Source: Monocercomonoides exilis PA203
Taxonomy: Eukaryota; Protista; Preaxostyla
NCBI GenBank assembly: GCA_001643675.2
Contig: LSRY02000001.1
Location: forward strand, 1,054,001 to 1,118,000
Direction of reading: 5' to 3'
DNA: 64,000 nucleotides
The stretch's first letter is position 1. Each line of letters starts with the position of its first letter. Positions 1 through 10,043 of the stretch are shown here, piece by piece. The notes under the pieces were generated by a model. The model saw nothing but the letters and a program-made list of their open reading frames with translations, was not told the origin of the DNA and ran no database searches. A program made the translations under genes and the position numbers.

Positions 1-1
1 A

Positions 2-2356
2 AAACAGCTGGATGAAATCGTGCGAATGCGGATGATGGAGCTTAAGGAAGTGGAATATGAACACGAAAGCCAGAAAATGCAGAATAGTTTGCGCGAAGCT
101 GATGAAGAAGTCGGTGACATGCGAGGGGCTATTGAGAAAATGGGAGAAGCAACTGAGTTGTTTTTCAAGACGTTAGTTGAAAAAGGAATAGCAAATGAGC
201 TCTTGTGTTCACAATATATTCAAGCTCATTGGCTATGGAAAACATTTACTGAGCAAAAGTTCCAATCATCAAAATTACAATCATCTCCCTATCATTCAGC
301 AAAAGTACCAGAAATATTGGAAGCAGCTAATTTCTATCAATCGCTTGCTGATCTTTCTCCACCAGCACCTTCTCCTCAACAAAAAGATCAGCAGAAAAAG
401 TCATCTCCGTTATCTCCAGTAACTTCAATTCCAAATACCTCAGAATTATATAATCAATTGATGACTCCACAAAATCCAGGTTTTTCGATCCAAATACCAC
501 AGCAGCCCTTGAAACAGAATATGTCTGATGAAAAAACTACTCCTCTTTTGGATTTTGCATACAAAATGCGAGATTTCAAAAACGATTCAAGTGCGATGTG
601 GAATTCATCAGCTCAGTCAGCCCAGACAACACCTTCACCATATCGCACTTCTTATGGATTGGATACATTTTTCGCAACTCCATCTCCATCGCACTCACTT
701 TCAACTGTTTCACCAGTGACTCCGTCAACGATGTCAATTACACCTTCTCCTGCACATCTCTTTTCCCCTTCTTCATTTGCAAGCACCCCATCACTTTCTT
801 CCTTTTTTTCATTTCGTTCTGTATCTCCTCAATCATTTCATTCTTCTTTGAGTTCTGCACCATCTTCAGAAAATCATCAATCACAACAACCTTTTTCAAT
901 ATTCCAGTCGGCTCAAGATTCCGAAAACAAACAAAGAAATCCTTTGCGAACACCAGATTTTTCAAGAAATGCGGGACAAACACCAAATTCTGAAAAATTT
1001 AGTTCAAATAGACTCAGCACTGTTCGAGAATCTCATGATGAATCCATCACATTGCACGAACAGCTTAATAATGATAGGCCATCAAATGCGCCAGCATCTA
1101 ACACTGCATCTCCAAGTGGATCTGATCTTGTTAATCAATCTCCATCAACTTCTCAGATAGCATCAAATTGTTCTTCTCCCAATTCCATTCCAACGACAAC
1201 ACAACTACCTTTTAGCCATTCTCAAACATTTTCATCCGAACAAAATTCAGCATTCACGAATCATAGTGCAAGTTGTTCCTCTACATCGCCATTTAGAAAT
1301 GGGGCATCAAATGAAGCTTGGACAGACGATACCAATTTATCTGATGTTGGAGCCTTGCCGTCTCAAGATGCCTTTTTATCATCAATGCACCCCACACCCA
1401 TTCGCTCTCCAAAGCGTGCTCTTTCGACTCCTCAACGTTTTCCTACACAGGTCACGTATGAAACAAACTCAGCAACAGCGAAACGAAAATCATTCAAAGA
1501 AATTAACCTTCCCCCAAAAACTCCATCTTCAATGAAGAAGCCAAACACAGCTTCGTCTTCTTTTCGTCCAAGCAATCAAAACAAGATCATTTCTTCAAAT
1601 ACAACCCCAATACAAAAGAAACGCGCAAAATCATCATCAAGTTACAAACTTAGTTATTCCGCAAAGAAGAGAGCTGCTTCCACTTCATCTCAATCTCCTT
1701 TACAAACTTTTTCTTTTGGGCAGGATGCAACTCACCGCACTTCAAATCATTCACATACTTCTCTTCTCTCAACATTTCGCGAATCGGAACAATCCTCTTC
1801 AGAACCTGTTTCTGGCTCTTCTTTTATTTCTTCAACTCCAATTGTGTCACATACACCTTCCTCTGCCCCTTCGACTGTACCAATTCGGACTCATTCCACG
1901 AATGACACCCTCTCATCGCTTTCACCCCTAAACACGTCTTTCCTTTCAAGTCCAACTGCTTTAAACCAAGAAAACACTTCATCTATGATTAATGATCGCA
2001 ATCAATCGACTTCAAATGCAGGTTCGAATTCAAGCAATTTCTCTTCAACATCAAGTGTTCCTGCAACTCCAATCCGTTATTCTACAAGCAGGGCACAGAC
2101 TCCAATTAGGTCACGCCTTTCAGTCTCGCCTCAACGAGGCTATGCTTCATCTTCTTCTGAGAATGATCCTCGCTCAGCATTCTCAACAAATTGCCCTTCG
2201 CCTTCAGTTGGAAGGAAAAATGACATAAGTACCAAAAGTTTGATGGAAAAATTGGAGCAGATACAAACAGAATATGAACTAAATAAACTGAAATCTGCTT
2301 CAATGAAGAGGCAATTGACACTTCCTCAAAATGCTGGAGATTTCAATTTGGATTGA
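2..2356 (+). CDS. Hypothetical protein, probably 5'-partial: N-terminal coiled coil, long Ser/Pro/Thr-rich disordered region, short C-terminal helix
   Basis: 778-aa ORF whose frame stays open to the window edge; no recognisable domain motif. Confidence 0.7.
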   Translation, partial: KQLDEIVRMRMMELKEVEYEHESQKMQNSLREADEEVGDMRGAIEKMGEATELFFKTLVEKGIANELLCSQYIQAHWLWKTFTEQKFQSSKLQSSPYHSAKVPEILEAANFYQSLADLSPPAPSPQQKDQQKKSSPLSPVTSIPNTSELYNQLMTPQNPGFSIQIPQQPLKQNMSDEKTTPLLDFAYKMRDFKNDSSAMWNSSAQSAQTTPSPYRTSYGLDTFFATPSPSHSLSTVSPVTPSTMSITPSPAHLFSPSSFASTPSLSSFFSFRSVSPQSFHSSLSSAPSSENHQSQQPFSIFQSAQDSENKQRNPLRTPDFSRNAGQTPNSEKFSSNRLSTVRESHDESITLHEQLNNDRPSNAPASNTASPSGSDLVNQSPSTSQIASNCSSPNSIPTTTQLPFSHSQTFSSEQNSAFTNHSASCSSTSPFRNGASNEAWTDDTNLSDVGALPSQDAFLSSMHPTPIRSPKRALSTPQRFPTQVTYETNSATAKRKSFKEINLPPKTPSSMKKPNTASSSFRPSNQNKIISSNTTPIQKKRAKSSSSYKLSYSAKKRAASTSSQSPLQTFSFGQDATHRTSNHSHTSLLSTFRESEQSSSEPVSGSSFISSTPIVSHTPSSAPSTVPIRTHSTNDTLSSLSPLNTSFLSSPTALNQENTSSMINDRNQSTSNAGSNSSNFSSTSSVPATPIRYSTSRAQTPIRSRLSVSPQRGYASSSSENDPRSAFSTNCPSPSVGRKNDISTKSLMEKLEQIQTEYELNKLKSASMKRQLTLPQNAGDFNLD

Positions 2357-2694
2357 TAACCTCGTTTTAAGTGCTATTACGAATTCCAAGGAGAAATTCC
2401 TAAAGATTTTCATTTCAGGTAAAGATTAAGATATTTTTGTTTTCTATTTTTGTTGACTTAATTTGAGTGTAATATTTTAATATATTTCATAAAGAATTGA
2501 TAACTTACTTCCAAACTCATTCAATGTTTTTTATTGAATCAATTAATATTTGAAAGAAATTCTGAAAATAGTTTAATCTATTTTTTAACGAGGCTCTCAA
2601 CATAAAAAATTCTACACAGCCAAAAACATATTCGATTTCATAAAATGAACAAGAATTTTTTGTAGCACCCATTTTCAAAGACGTATTTTTTCAC

Positions 2695-5600
2695 ATGAGA
2701 GAAAACAAGGAAAAGAAATGGTTAAACGCATTAATCCAGAAAGGTACAATAACAGATAAACTATCTGGATTGACCATTCTTGGACAGTCCGCTCGTGATG
2801 ATGAAGAAGGTGCAAAGGCTGTCAAACAACTTATTTCAATGATGAAACGAACAGATAGAAGGATCAGTGGAATGGCTATGCAAAATCTTCTGCAATTATT
2901 TCAAGTGAATCTTCTTCCAAAGAACAAAGAGCTTTCTGTAGATGATCCAAAAGATGCTATGATAAAAGAACTTTATGCATCATTTATTCGTGCTGTCAGC
3001 GAGAAAGCCAAAGACACTGTTCTTAATTCCAAAAACCATGCTATAAAAACATTAAGTGAGATGGCTATCATGCCTGAACAACGTCTTTCTGTCTTGTCAG
3101 AACTCGTTAACAAACTCGGAGATAATGTAAAAAGTGCTGCTTCACTGACTTCGCATCTCATTATTATTTTATCAAAACGAAGGCCCGCTATAAAGCCATT
3201 GATTGTCGAGGAAATAGAAAGGCTGGTTTATCGTCCAAATATTTCTCAAAGAGCACAATTCTACGGAATTGTGGCATTGAATGGATTCACATTAGATCCT
3301 GCTAAAGATGCTTCTGTTGCGAATCAAATGCTGAAATTGTATTTTTCACTATTTGACGACATTTTCAAAAGAAATGAAGCACGCCATGCTGCTAAGCTTG
3401 AAGAGTCAAAAAAGAAGAAAAAGAATCGCTGGTCGCAAACGAAGGAGCACGGAAAGAGAGGAAGAAAAGGAAAACTACTTCAGAAAAAGAAGGAGATGCT
3501 CGATGAAGCCGAATCCACAGAACAGCGCCTTCTATTTGCCGTGTTGAGTGGAATAGGCCGTGTGATGAACATCGCTGGAGCTGAAAATGCAGCGAAGTTT
3601 GTGTCACATCTTAATTCGCTCTTTCGTGCCTCTCATTCGCATTCATTTGCATCGTCGCTTCGTGCAATGCTTCTGCTGCATCGCCTGCTGAGTGTTCAGG
3701 GCATCCTTCCAGACAGATATTACAATGCGTTGTACGAAAAGCTCTCCGACCCCGAGATGCTCGTGGAGAAAAGCCAGCATCCTCTCTTTTTGGGTTTGGT
3801 ATTCAAATCTTTAGAGGCAGACAGTGTGGATGAGAGGGTGTGCGCCTTCATCAAGCGGTTGCTGGGTGTATGCTTAGTGGCTCAGCCTTCGTTTGTGTGT
3901 GCCTCGCTGATGGTTGTGGGAGAGCTGTGCTGCAAAAGGAAGGCGCTGCTGCACACGATGGTGTGCGAAGAGACAGCGACAACAATCAATCCTGCATTGA
4001 TACCCCATTCAATTGCCCAATCGCTGCTCAATAAACAAGGATCACAAGCGAATGGATTGAAGATAAATATGAAAGGAATGATGATTGTTAATCCCAAGTT
4101 CCTGAGGAGAGATGGAGATGCAGAAAGTGGGAACAAAACAGAAGAAAAGTGGAAGCTTCTGAAAAGCAAAGAAGAACTCGAGAAAGAAAAGCAGGAGAAG
4201 AAGAAAGAATGGATCGAGAAATTGTATGGGAAGAAAGTGAAAGATGAAGGCGGCGATGCTGAAGAGCCAAAGATGATCTCCTTCGCTGCTCCATCAGCAC
4301 CTTTGGCATCATCATCAGCGTTGCTTGCCTTAGACGATGATGAAGATGAGCACTTTGTTGATGCACCAGACATTGACGAAGAAGATATAGAAGCCGAAAT
4401 CAAGAAAAGAGAGGAAGCAGCAAGCGAAGTTTCATCTGCCAAAGATGTTAGCTTGAATTCAGAACCAAAGAAAGAAAAAGATGCAGATAAGACTCTTTCT
4501 TTTCCCTCTTCCTCTCCTTCTTCTGGAAAGTTGCCGATCAATCCTCTCATTTCAGCAGGTGGGTCTTCCGTTTACAATCCCTTCAAATTCAATCCTCGTT
4601 TTTCGCATGCTGATTTGTCTGCTTTCTGGGAGCTGCAGATGCTTTCACTGCATTATCACCCATCAGTCGCGTTTCTGGCTAACAAAATTCTTCGAATGGG
4701 AAAACATTTGAAGAAGAAATACGACGATCTCAGAAAGAAATCTGGCTTGATTGAAGAAGAAGAGGAGGAAAAGAAAGAGAAAAAGGAGAAAGAGAAAGAA
4801 GAAGCTGAACCCGAAGCAGAAGAAGAGTCGTGGGAAGTGCATTATGCAGGCGATCCATTTTATGATTTTTCGCTGACTGCATTTTTGACGAGATTTGCCT
4901 TTAAACGTCCAAAGATGACGAAAGAGCAGATGGTGGAAAAAGAAAAAGAGCAGAAGATGATGAGAAAGAAAGCGTTGATGGAAAGCAGGAAAGGAGAGAG
5001 AGAAGAATACGAAGATAGCAGCGCAGAAGAGGAAGAGGAAGAAGAAGATGAGAAAGAGAAAAAGCAGATGCAAGGCGACGATGATGCTGCATTCAAAGCA
5101 TCTGACCTTTTGCCTTCTTCTTCTTCTTCCAGCACAAAAGAAGCCTTTTCGTCTTCGTTATATCGGATGGGTTCAGTTGCCTTTGCTGAGCAAAAAGAAG
5201 AGAACATTGCTCCACATGAGCGCTTTTTCTTCAAATACTTCTCTGGAAATCCAGCTGTATCAAAGAAGAAGATGAAGCAGGAGGAGAAGAGGAAGGAGAA
5301 AGAGAAAGAGAAGAGGAGATCAGAGAAGATGAAAGAAAGAGGGGAGGAAGACGATGGATTCCCGGGCTTTGGCGAGTCAGAGGAAAGTGAGAATGGATTT
5401 GAAGACGATGAGTTGGACGACTATTTGATTAAACTTGAGGAGCAAGCACTTAACAAAAAGAAGGATAAATCCCAAGATGATAATGACGACGAAGGAAGCG
5501 ATGGTGAAGAAGGAGAAGGCAAAGGAAAGAAGAAGAGAAAGTTTGATGTGGATGAAGATGAAGATTCAGAACTGGAGGAAGCACTGAAAAGAGAATTTGC

Positions 5601-6222
5601 TAATGATAGCGATGACGAGGAGGAGGAAGATGAAGGAAACGAAGAGGATGAAGAAGACGAAGATGGTGTTCAAGTGGAGGATCCATTTGGAGAAATGAAA
5701 AAATCGAAGAAGAAGAAGAGATTCGAAGAAGAAGAAGAAGATGAGGATGAGGATGAGGATGAAAGCGAAGAGATGGAAGGGATTGACGATGAGATGGAAG
5801 ATGAGTATGATGATTACGATAACCTGGAAGACGATGAAAGCCTGAATGACATGGAAGATGAGGTGTGGAGCGAGTCAGATGAAGAAGTGAAACAGATAGA
5901 AGAGGAAGAAAAACGAAAACGAAAAGGAGGAAAAAGCAAGGAATATGACGAAGATGGGTATGGAAGAGAGGAAAGAACAGTGAAGAGAAGAAAAATGGAT
6001 GATGATGATGCACAGTTTGACAGGAAGGAGAGCAGAATATTGAAGAAGAAACTACCATCACTTGTGTCGGCAGATGATCTGGATGATCTTGTGGAAAGCA
6101 CACTTCACGAAGAGAAGATTAGACAGGAGAAGAGAATGAGAGAAAGAGAGAGAAAGCAGGGCGGAAAATCCACTTCATTTCCGATGAAGCCAAAAGGAAG
6201 AGTGGGAAAGAGGATGCACTAA
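2695..6222 (+). CDS. CEBPZ: CBF/Mak21/Noc1 family 60S ribosome biogenesis protein (CEBPZ-like)
   Basis: Motifs GTITDKLSGL, LVNKLGD, RAQFYG, DRYYNALY, RVCAFIKRLL, YNPFKFNPRFS, WEL..LSLHYHPSV, DFSLTAFLTRFAFK; acidic C-terminal tail typical of the family. Confidence 0.9.
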   Translation: MRENKEKKWLNALIQKGTITDKLSGLTILGQSARDDEEGAKAVKQLISMMKRTDRRISGMAMQNLLQLFQVNLLPKNKELSVDDPKDAMIKELYASFIRAVSEKAKDTVLNSKNHAIKTLSEMAIMPEQRLSVLSELVNKLGDNVKSAASLTSHLIIILSKRRPAIKPLIVEEIERLVYRPNISQRAQFYGIVALNGFTLDPAKDASVANQMLKLYFSLFDDIFKRNEARHAAKLEESKKKKKNRWSQTKEHGKRGRKGKLLQKKKEMLDEAESTEQRLLFAVLSGIGRVMNIAGAENAAKFVSHLNSLFRASHSHSFASSLRAMLLLHRLLSVQGILPDRYYNALYEKLSDPEMLVEKSQHPLFLGLVFKSLEADSVDERVCAFIKRLLGVCLVAQPSFVCASLMVVGELCCKRKALLHTMVCEETATTINPALIPHSIAQSLLNKQGSQANGLKINMKGMMIVNPKFLRRDGDAESGNKTEEKWKLLKSKEELEKEKQEKKKEWIEKLYGKKVKDEGGDAEEPKMISFAAPSAPLASSSALLALDDDEDEHFVDAPDIDEEDIEAEIKKREEAASEVSSAKDVSLNSEPKKEKDADKTLSFPSSSPSSGKLPINPLISAGGSSVYNPFKFNPRFSHADLSAFWELQMLSLHYHPSVAFLANKILRMGKHLKKKYDDLRKKSGLIEEEEEEKKEKKEKEKEEAEPEAEEESWEVHYAGDPFYDFSLTAFLTRFAFKRPKMTKEQMVEKEKEQKMMRKKALMESRKGEREEYEDSSAEEEEEEEDEKEKKQMQGDDDAAFKASDLLPSSSSSSTKEAFSSSLYRMGSVAFAEQKEENIAPHERFFFKYFSGNPAVSKKKMKQEEKRKEKEKEKRRSEKMKERGEEDDGFPGFGESEESENGFEDDELDDYLIKLEEQALNKKKDKSQDDNDDEGSDGEEGEGKGKKKRKFDVDEDEDSELEEALKREFANDSDDEEEEDEGNEEDEEDEDGVQVEDPFGEMKKSKKKKRFEEEEEDEDEDEDESEEMEGIDDEMEDEYDDYDNLEDDESLNDMEDEVWSESDEEVKQIEEEEKRKRKGGKSKEYDEDGYGREERTVKRRKMDDDDAQFDRKESRILKKKLPSLVSADDLDDLVESTLHEEKIRQEKRMRERERKQGGKSTSFPMKPKGRVGKRMH

Positions 6223-6463
6223 AAGGTTAATGGCAAAAAAAGAAAAAAAAAATATTTCTTGCACTTCACCCCCTTTTTTAATTCGTTAAATAAAAACACT
6301 TCATTACAAACAAAAGAACTGAGTAAAGTTAAAAGTTGTGAAATGATTATTTTTTTTAGTAAAGAAAAACTCCATTTCTCCCTTTCCAAACGATACAACA
6401 TAAATACAAATATGAACAAAGTGAAGTGAATTATGTGAAACGACAAGTATCCCTGCCTCACCC

Positions 6464-7932
6464 TCACAGCCTGTGCGGATGCTCCTTTGCATGAACATAA
6501 GAGGAGAAAGACGTCGACTGGCAGAAAGATGAAATGGATCGGAGCTTTTCATCCTGCACGAGTGTTGTGAGGATCTGGTTGTCAAATATCTTTCGCTCAA
6601 TCCACTCAATCACAGCGCCAAACAGAATGAAGATGGCAATGTACTGTATCCACGCAAACTTCAGCACTTCAAATAAAGATGGAGTGTAGCTAGAAAGCAC
6701 ATTGAGTTGATAAACATAAATTTTTGATTTATGAAGTGAAAAAGAAAGGATTGATGAGTGGAAGTTTTATAGAAAAACATAAAAAAAAACGTTACAAAAA
6801 ATGATAAAGGAAATATTAGAAACACTAACCGCACTTTCTGTGGGACAATGTTCATTACCAGATGGATGTCGAAGCATGACGTGCTTGCTGCTGGAAGCCA
6901 TTCAGGAGGATAAGGAGAAGATAGCACAGCGGATTCTGAATGAATTTTCAAATAAAGTTGAAAAACAGTTACAATTACAATTTGAAAAAAAAATAAGAAC
7001 AATGGAAAAGAGCATGCCATCATCAGTAACCACTCGATGAACAAAATACTCAGTTGTCATGTTCTTAAATGGAATAACAAGCTAAAAAAATATAAAATTT
7101 GCATTTTGAGAAATAAAAAATTCATAACTTAAAAAATATCAAACCGAAGTATTGAGAAGCGGTGGGACCTTCAATAATGGACGCATTCGAAGTGGTCTGT
7201 TTTGGGATAAAACAATTTTTCCCTTCAAATGAGCGCGAAATATTTTCAGAAATGCAATGGAGCAATTGTAAAATCACACCTCTGAAACAAGTGCATTTCC
7301 TCCAACAGAACCAATATGAGACAAATACACAAAGGATTCCAATGTCAATGGAATTGGATCCTATCATTATAATTTTCACGTTACAAATAGTAAATAAAAC
7401 TTTTTCAAAAAGAATTTCTGCACAATCCATACAATTAGCTGGTATTGAGGAAAATACACGAATTTAGCCGAAATGATTGTGTCTGCTGTCTGAAGGCAAG
7501 ACCTCACATTCAAAGTTATTTGATTAGCTCTTCCATCTTTGTTGAAATCCTCAACCTTCTCTTTAAAAGTGGTGGTCATATCGTTTGTTCCAAGTATTTT
7601 TTGCACGGCCAATATGCTGCTGTCTGTATGGTCACCAGAAACACCTCCAAGTGAAATAATAAATTTTCCAGTTGATGTCACATGTGGACGTTCAGTGTAT
7701 TCGCGCTCACGAACCCAAAATGCTAAAATAATAATTGCACGCAATGAGAGTTAAGACATTTAAAAATGCAACAGGCGCGATAGAGCAAAGACAAACAATG
7801 TGTTGCAAAGCAAACAACAAACGGAAGCACTATTTTGCATATTAAGAAAAATAGATCGATTAGACCTATCAAAGAAAATCGTCCAGCAATAAATTGGCGA
7901 TAAACTGGCCTTCGAAAGATTGGGCCAGACAT
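6464..7932 (-). CDS. TMEM231: TMEM231 ciliary transition-zone (MKS module) membrane protein, multi-exon
   Basis: Spliced translation MSGPIFRRPVYRQF..LPFVVCFATH-SFWVREREYTERPHV and C-terminal YTPSLFEVLKFAWIQYIAIFILF..IFDNQI match the TMEM231 termini; about 6 short GT-AG introns. Confidence 0.88.
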
Positions 7933-8120
7933 TTTTAAAAAACTAATATTTATCAAATAAATATGGGAAAAGAATTCACAAGCATTCGTGAAGTAAAATT
8001 TATTGTTAAAAATTGAAGCATTAGCATAGATGTTATGAAAATAAAACCGGAAAACAAAAATGAGGATGATTTTGAAGTGAAGATAAATGAAATGATTTGA
8101 TGACAGGGAAAAGCAAAAAT

Positions 8121-8621
8121 TTATGAAGAAAATTCTTTCATAATTTTTGAATCAAACAACGCATTTTTAATAGGTTGATTAAAAGCATAAAACGGGTTCT
8201 TGCAGACATAATCAGAAAACAGAACATAAACTCTAGCTAACATTTTCTGGACATTTGGTGTTCCAAGTTCTGTGATTGCAAGGAACTTAATTCCTGTTGG
8301 ACTTTTTAAGCATTGAATGGTAAAATTATCAGTTTCAATAGATTCTATCCCCGATGATGCATGAGGAATTGGAGATAATTCAGCGGATATTGCATATTGA
8401 CTATGAAAGAAGCCTGCAAGCTGGAGAGCACTATCTTCATTTGCTAATTTGCAGTCCGGTGCAAGGTCCTGAAATTATGCATTAATTATGTTCAAAGAAT
8501 CAAATAATTAAACAATCATATTGTTACGATATAATAAAATAATACTTAACAAAACTTTCTTGTATATTAAACCTCCACTGGGGGAGATTATCCAGAGACT
8601 TAGAAGGCCTGTTTTGGACAT
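8121..8621 (-). CDS. TRAPPC4: TRAPP complex subunit 4 (Trs23/sybindin family), 2 exons
   Basis: Exon 1 MSKTGLLSLWIISPSGGLIYKK; exon 2 from 8468 reads LAGFFHSQYAISAELSP..SSGIESIETDNFTIQCLKSPTGIKF..FSDYVCKNPFYAFNQPIKNALFD; TAA at 8123-8121. Confidence 0.9.
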
Positions 8622-8802
8622 CACTGCACCAAAATAGTAAAAATGAAATTCTTTGGATTTCAATATGGGTAAAATTTTCATCCAAAACTGAAACAAAAAT
8701 TCGTTTTTCATGCTTGTGGCAAGAACATGAACATTTTGATATTATTAAGAAATTTATATGATCCTTCCCAGTATAGAATATGAACAAAAAGAAACTAAAA
8801 AA

Positions 8803-9496
8803 ATGAGCGATGAAAATACGGACACAGGAAAGTTTGAAATGCTTACAAATTCGACGGTTATAAGGGTTGCTAGAGAAACAGCGTGCTCAGAAGATCCAAA
8901 CGTTAGAATGGCGGGACCAGCAGTTATGCTTTTGAATAAAGCTGCAACAACATTTATTCATTATCTGACAGCAACTGCACAAGAAATCACTGCTAAAAAA
9001 GGAAGAAGCACTATGGGCTACACAGATATTGTGGAGGCGATAGGAGAGATGGGAATGACACATCTGCTCGATGAATTACAACCATTTATTCAAGGTTTAT
9101 CTTTTTTGATTTTCGTTTTCACAATTTTTTCCGTTTTGTTGCTTACTACATAATAAAGAAATCGTTGAATCAAAAAGAAAGCCAAACCCAACGTCACCTC
9201 CTCTTTCACCAACCATCCCTTCATTCAATAATGCTGCAAACGATCAAGAGCAACCAACTGTCGAACAGCAGGAACCAATCGAAGAAGCAATAGAAAATTC
9301 ATCTATACCTGAAATTCTTTCAGAAGAAATAGATCCAGTAGACGTTGACGCGGGAGTGGCGGGTGATGATAATGAAGAAGAAGAAAATTTAGAGGATCTT
9401 GAAAAGGAGTTTAATGAAGAAGATGACGAAGGCAAATCAAATAAACTTGCGTTAAATGTTGAACACATAATACAAAACGAAATACTAAAATCTTAA
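8803..9496 (+). CDS. POLE3: Histone-fold protein, POLE3/Dpb4/CHRAC17-like, with acidic tail; intron 9095-9158
   Basis: TNSTVIRVARE..LLNKAATTFIHYLTATAQEITAKKGRSTMGYTDIVEAI is an H2B-like fold closer to Dpb4 than to NF-YB; splicing restores the frame to TAA at 9496. Confidence 0.75.
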
Positions 9497-9658
9497 GAAA
9501 TGTTTTATTTTATTTTAAAGTTCATAAAGAAATATAAATATTTTCGAAATGCTTGAATTGCTTTTTTTCAATAATGCGTGATCGCAACAAAATAATAAAT
9601 AACAAATAATTTGTGTGCTTTGAAATTTGCATAAATCGAAGTCACATTTTCAGTGCAC

Positions 9659-9978
9659 TCAACGAGCAAGATGTTGAATGACTAAATTACATTAAAATTA
9701 TACGAAGAAAAAGAAAGAAAACAAAATGTTTATTCCCAATCTGAAATATTTGATTAAACCTCTTGAAGTTCGCTTTTTGTACATAATTTTGTGGCCGCAC
9801 TCTTTGCAAGACACAGGCTGACCTAAAGGAACATATGTTTCCACACCGCAATCTTGAATGCGAATCAAGCAACATTAACAAAAAAATAATAATCAAATCA
9901 ATGCTGCATTAATAAACCTCCGCAAATATATGGTACTGATTTTTTCTCTGCTGGTTGAGCTGGTTGTGCAGATTGCAT
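9659..9978 (-). CDS. RPB12: RNA polymerase I/II/III shared subunit RPB12, 58 aa; exons 9978-9918, 9852-9760, 9681-9659
   Basis: Spliced product MQSAQPAQPAEKKSVPYICGDCGVETYVPLGQPVSCKECGHKIMYKKRTSRVIQHLAR has the CxxC..CxxC zinc ribbon, YKKRT and terminal AR. Not in the ORF track. Confidence 0.93.
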
Positions 9979-10043
9979 TTCTTAATTAAATTACTATGGG
10001 AATGAAAGATGAAAAATATAAAGTATGGCAGAAAAAACGTTTG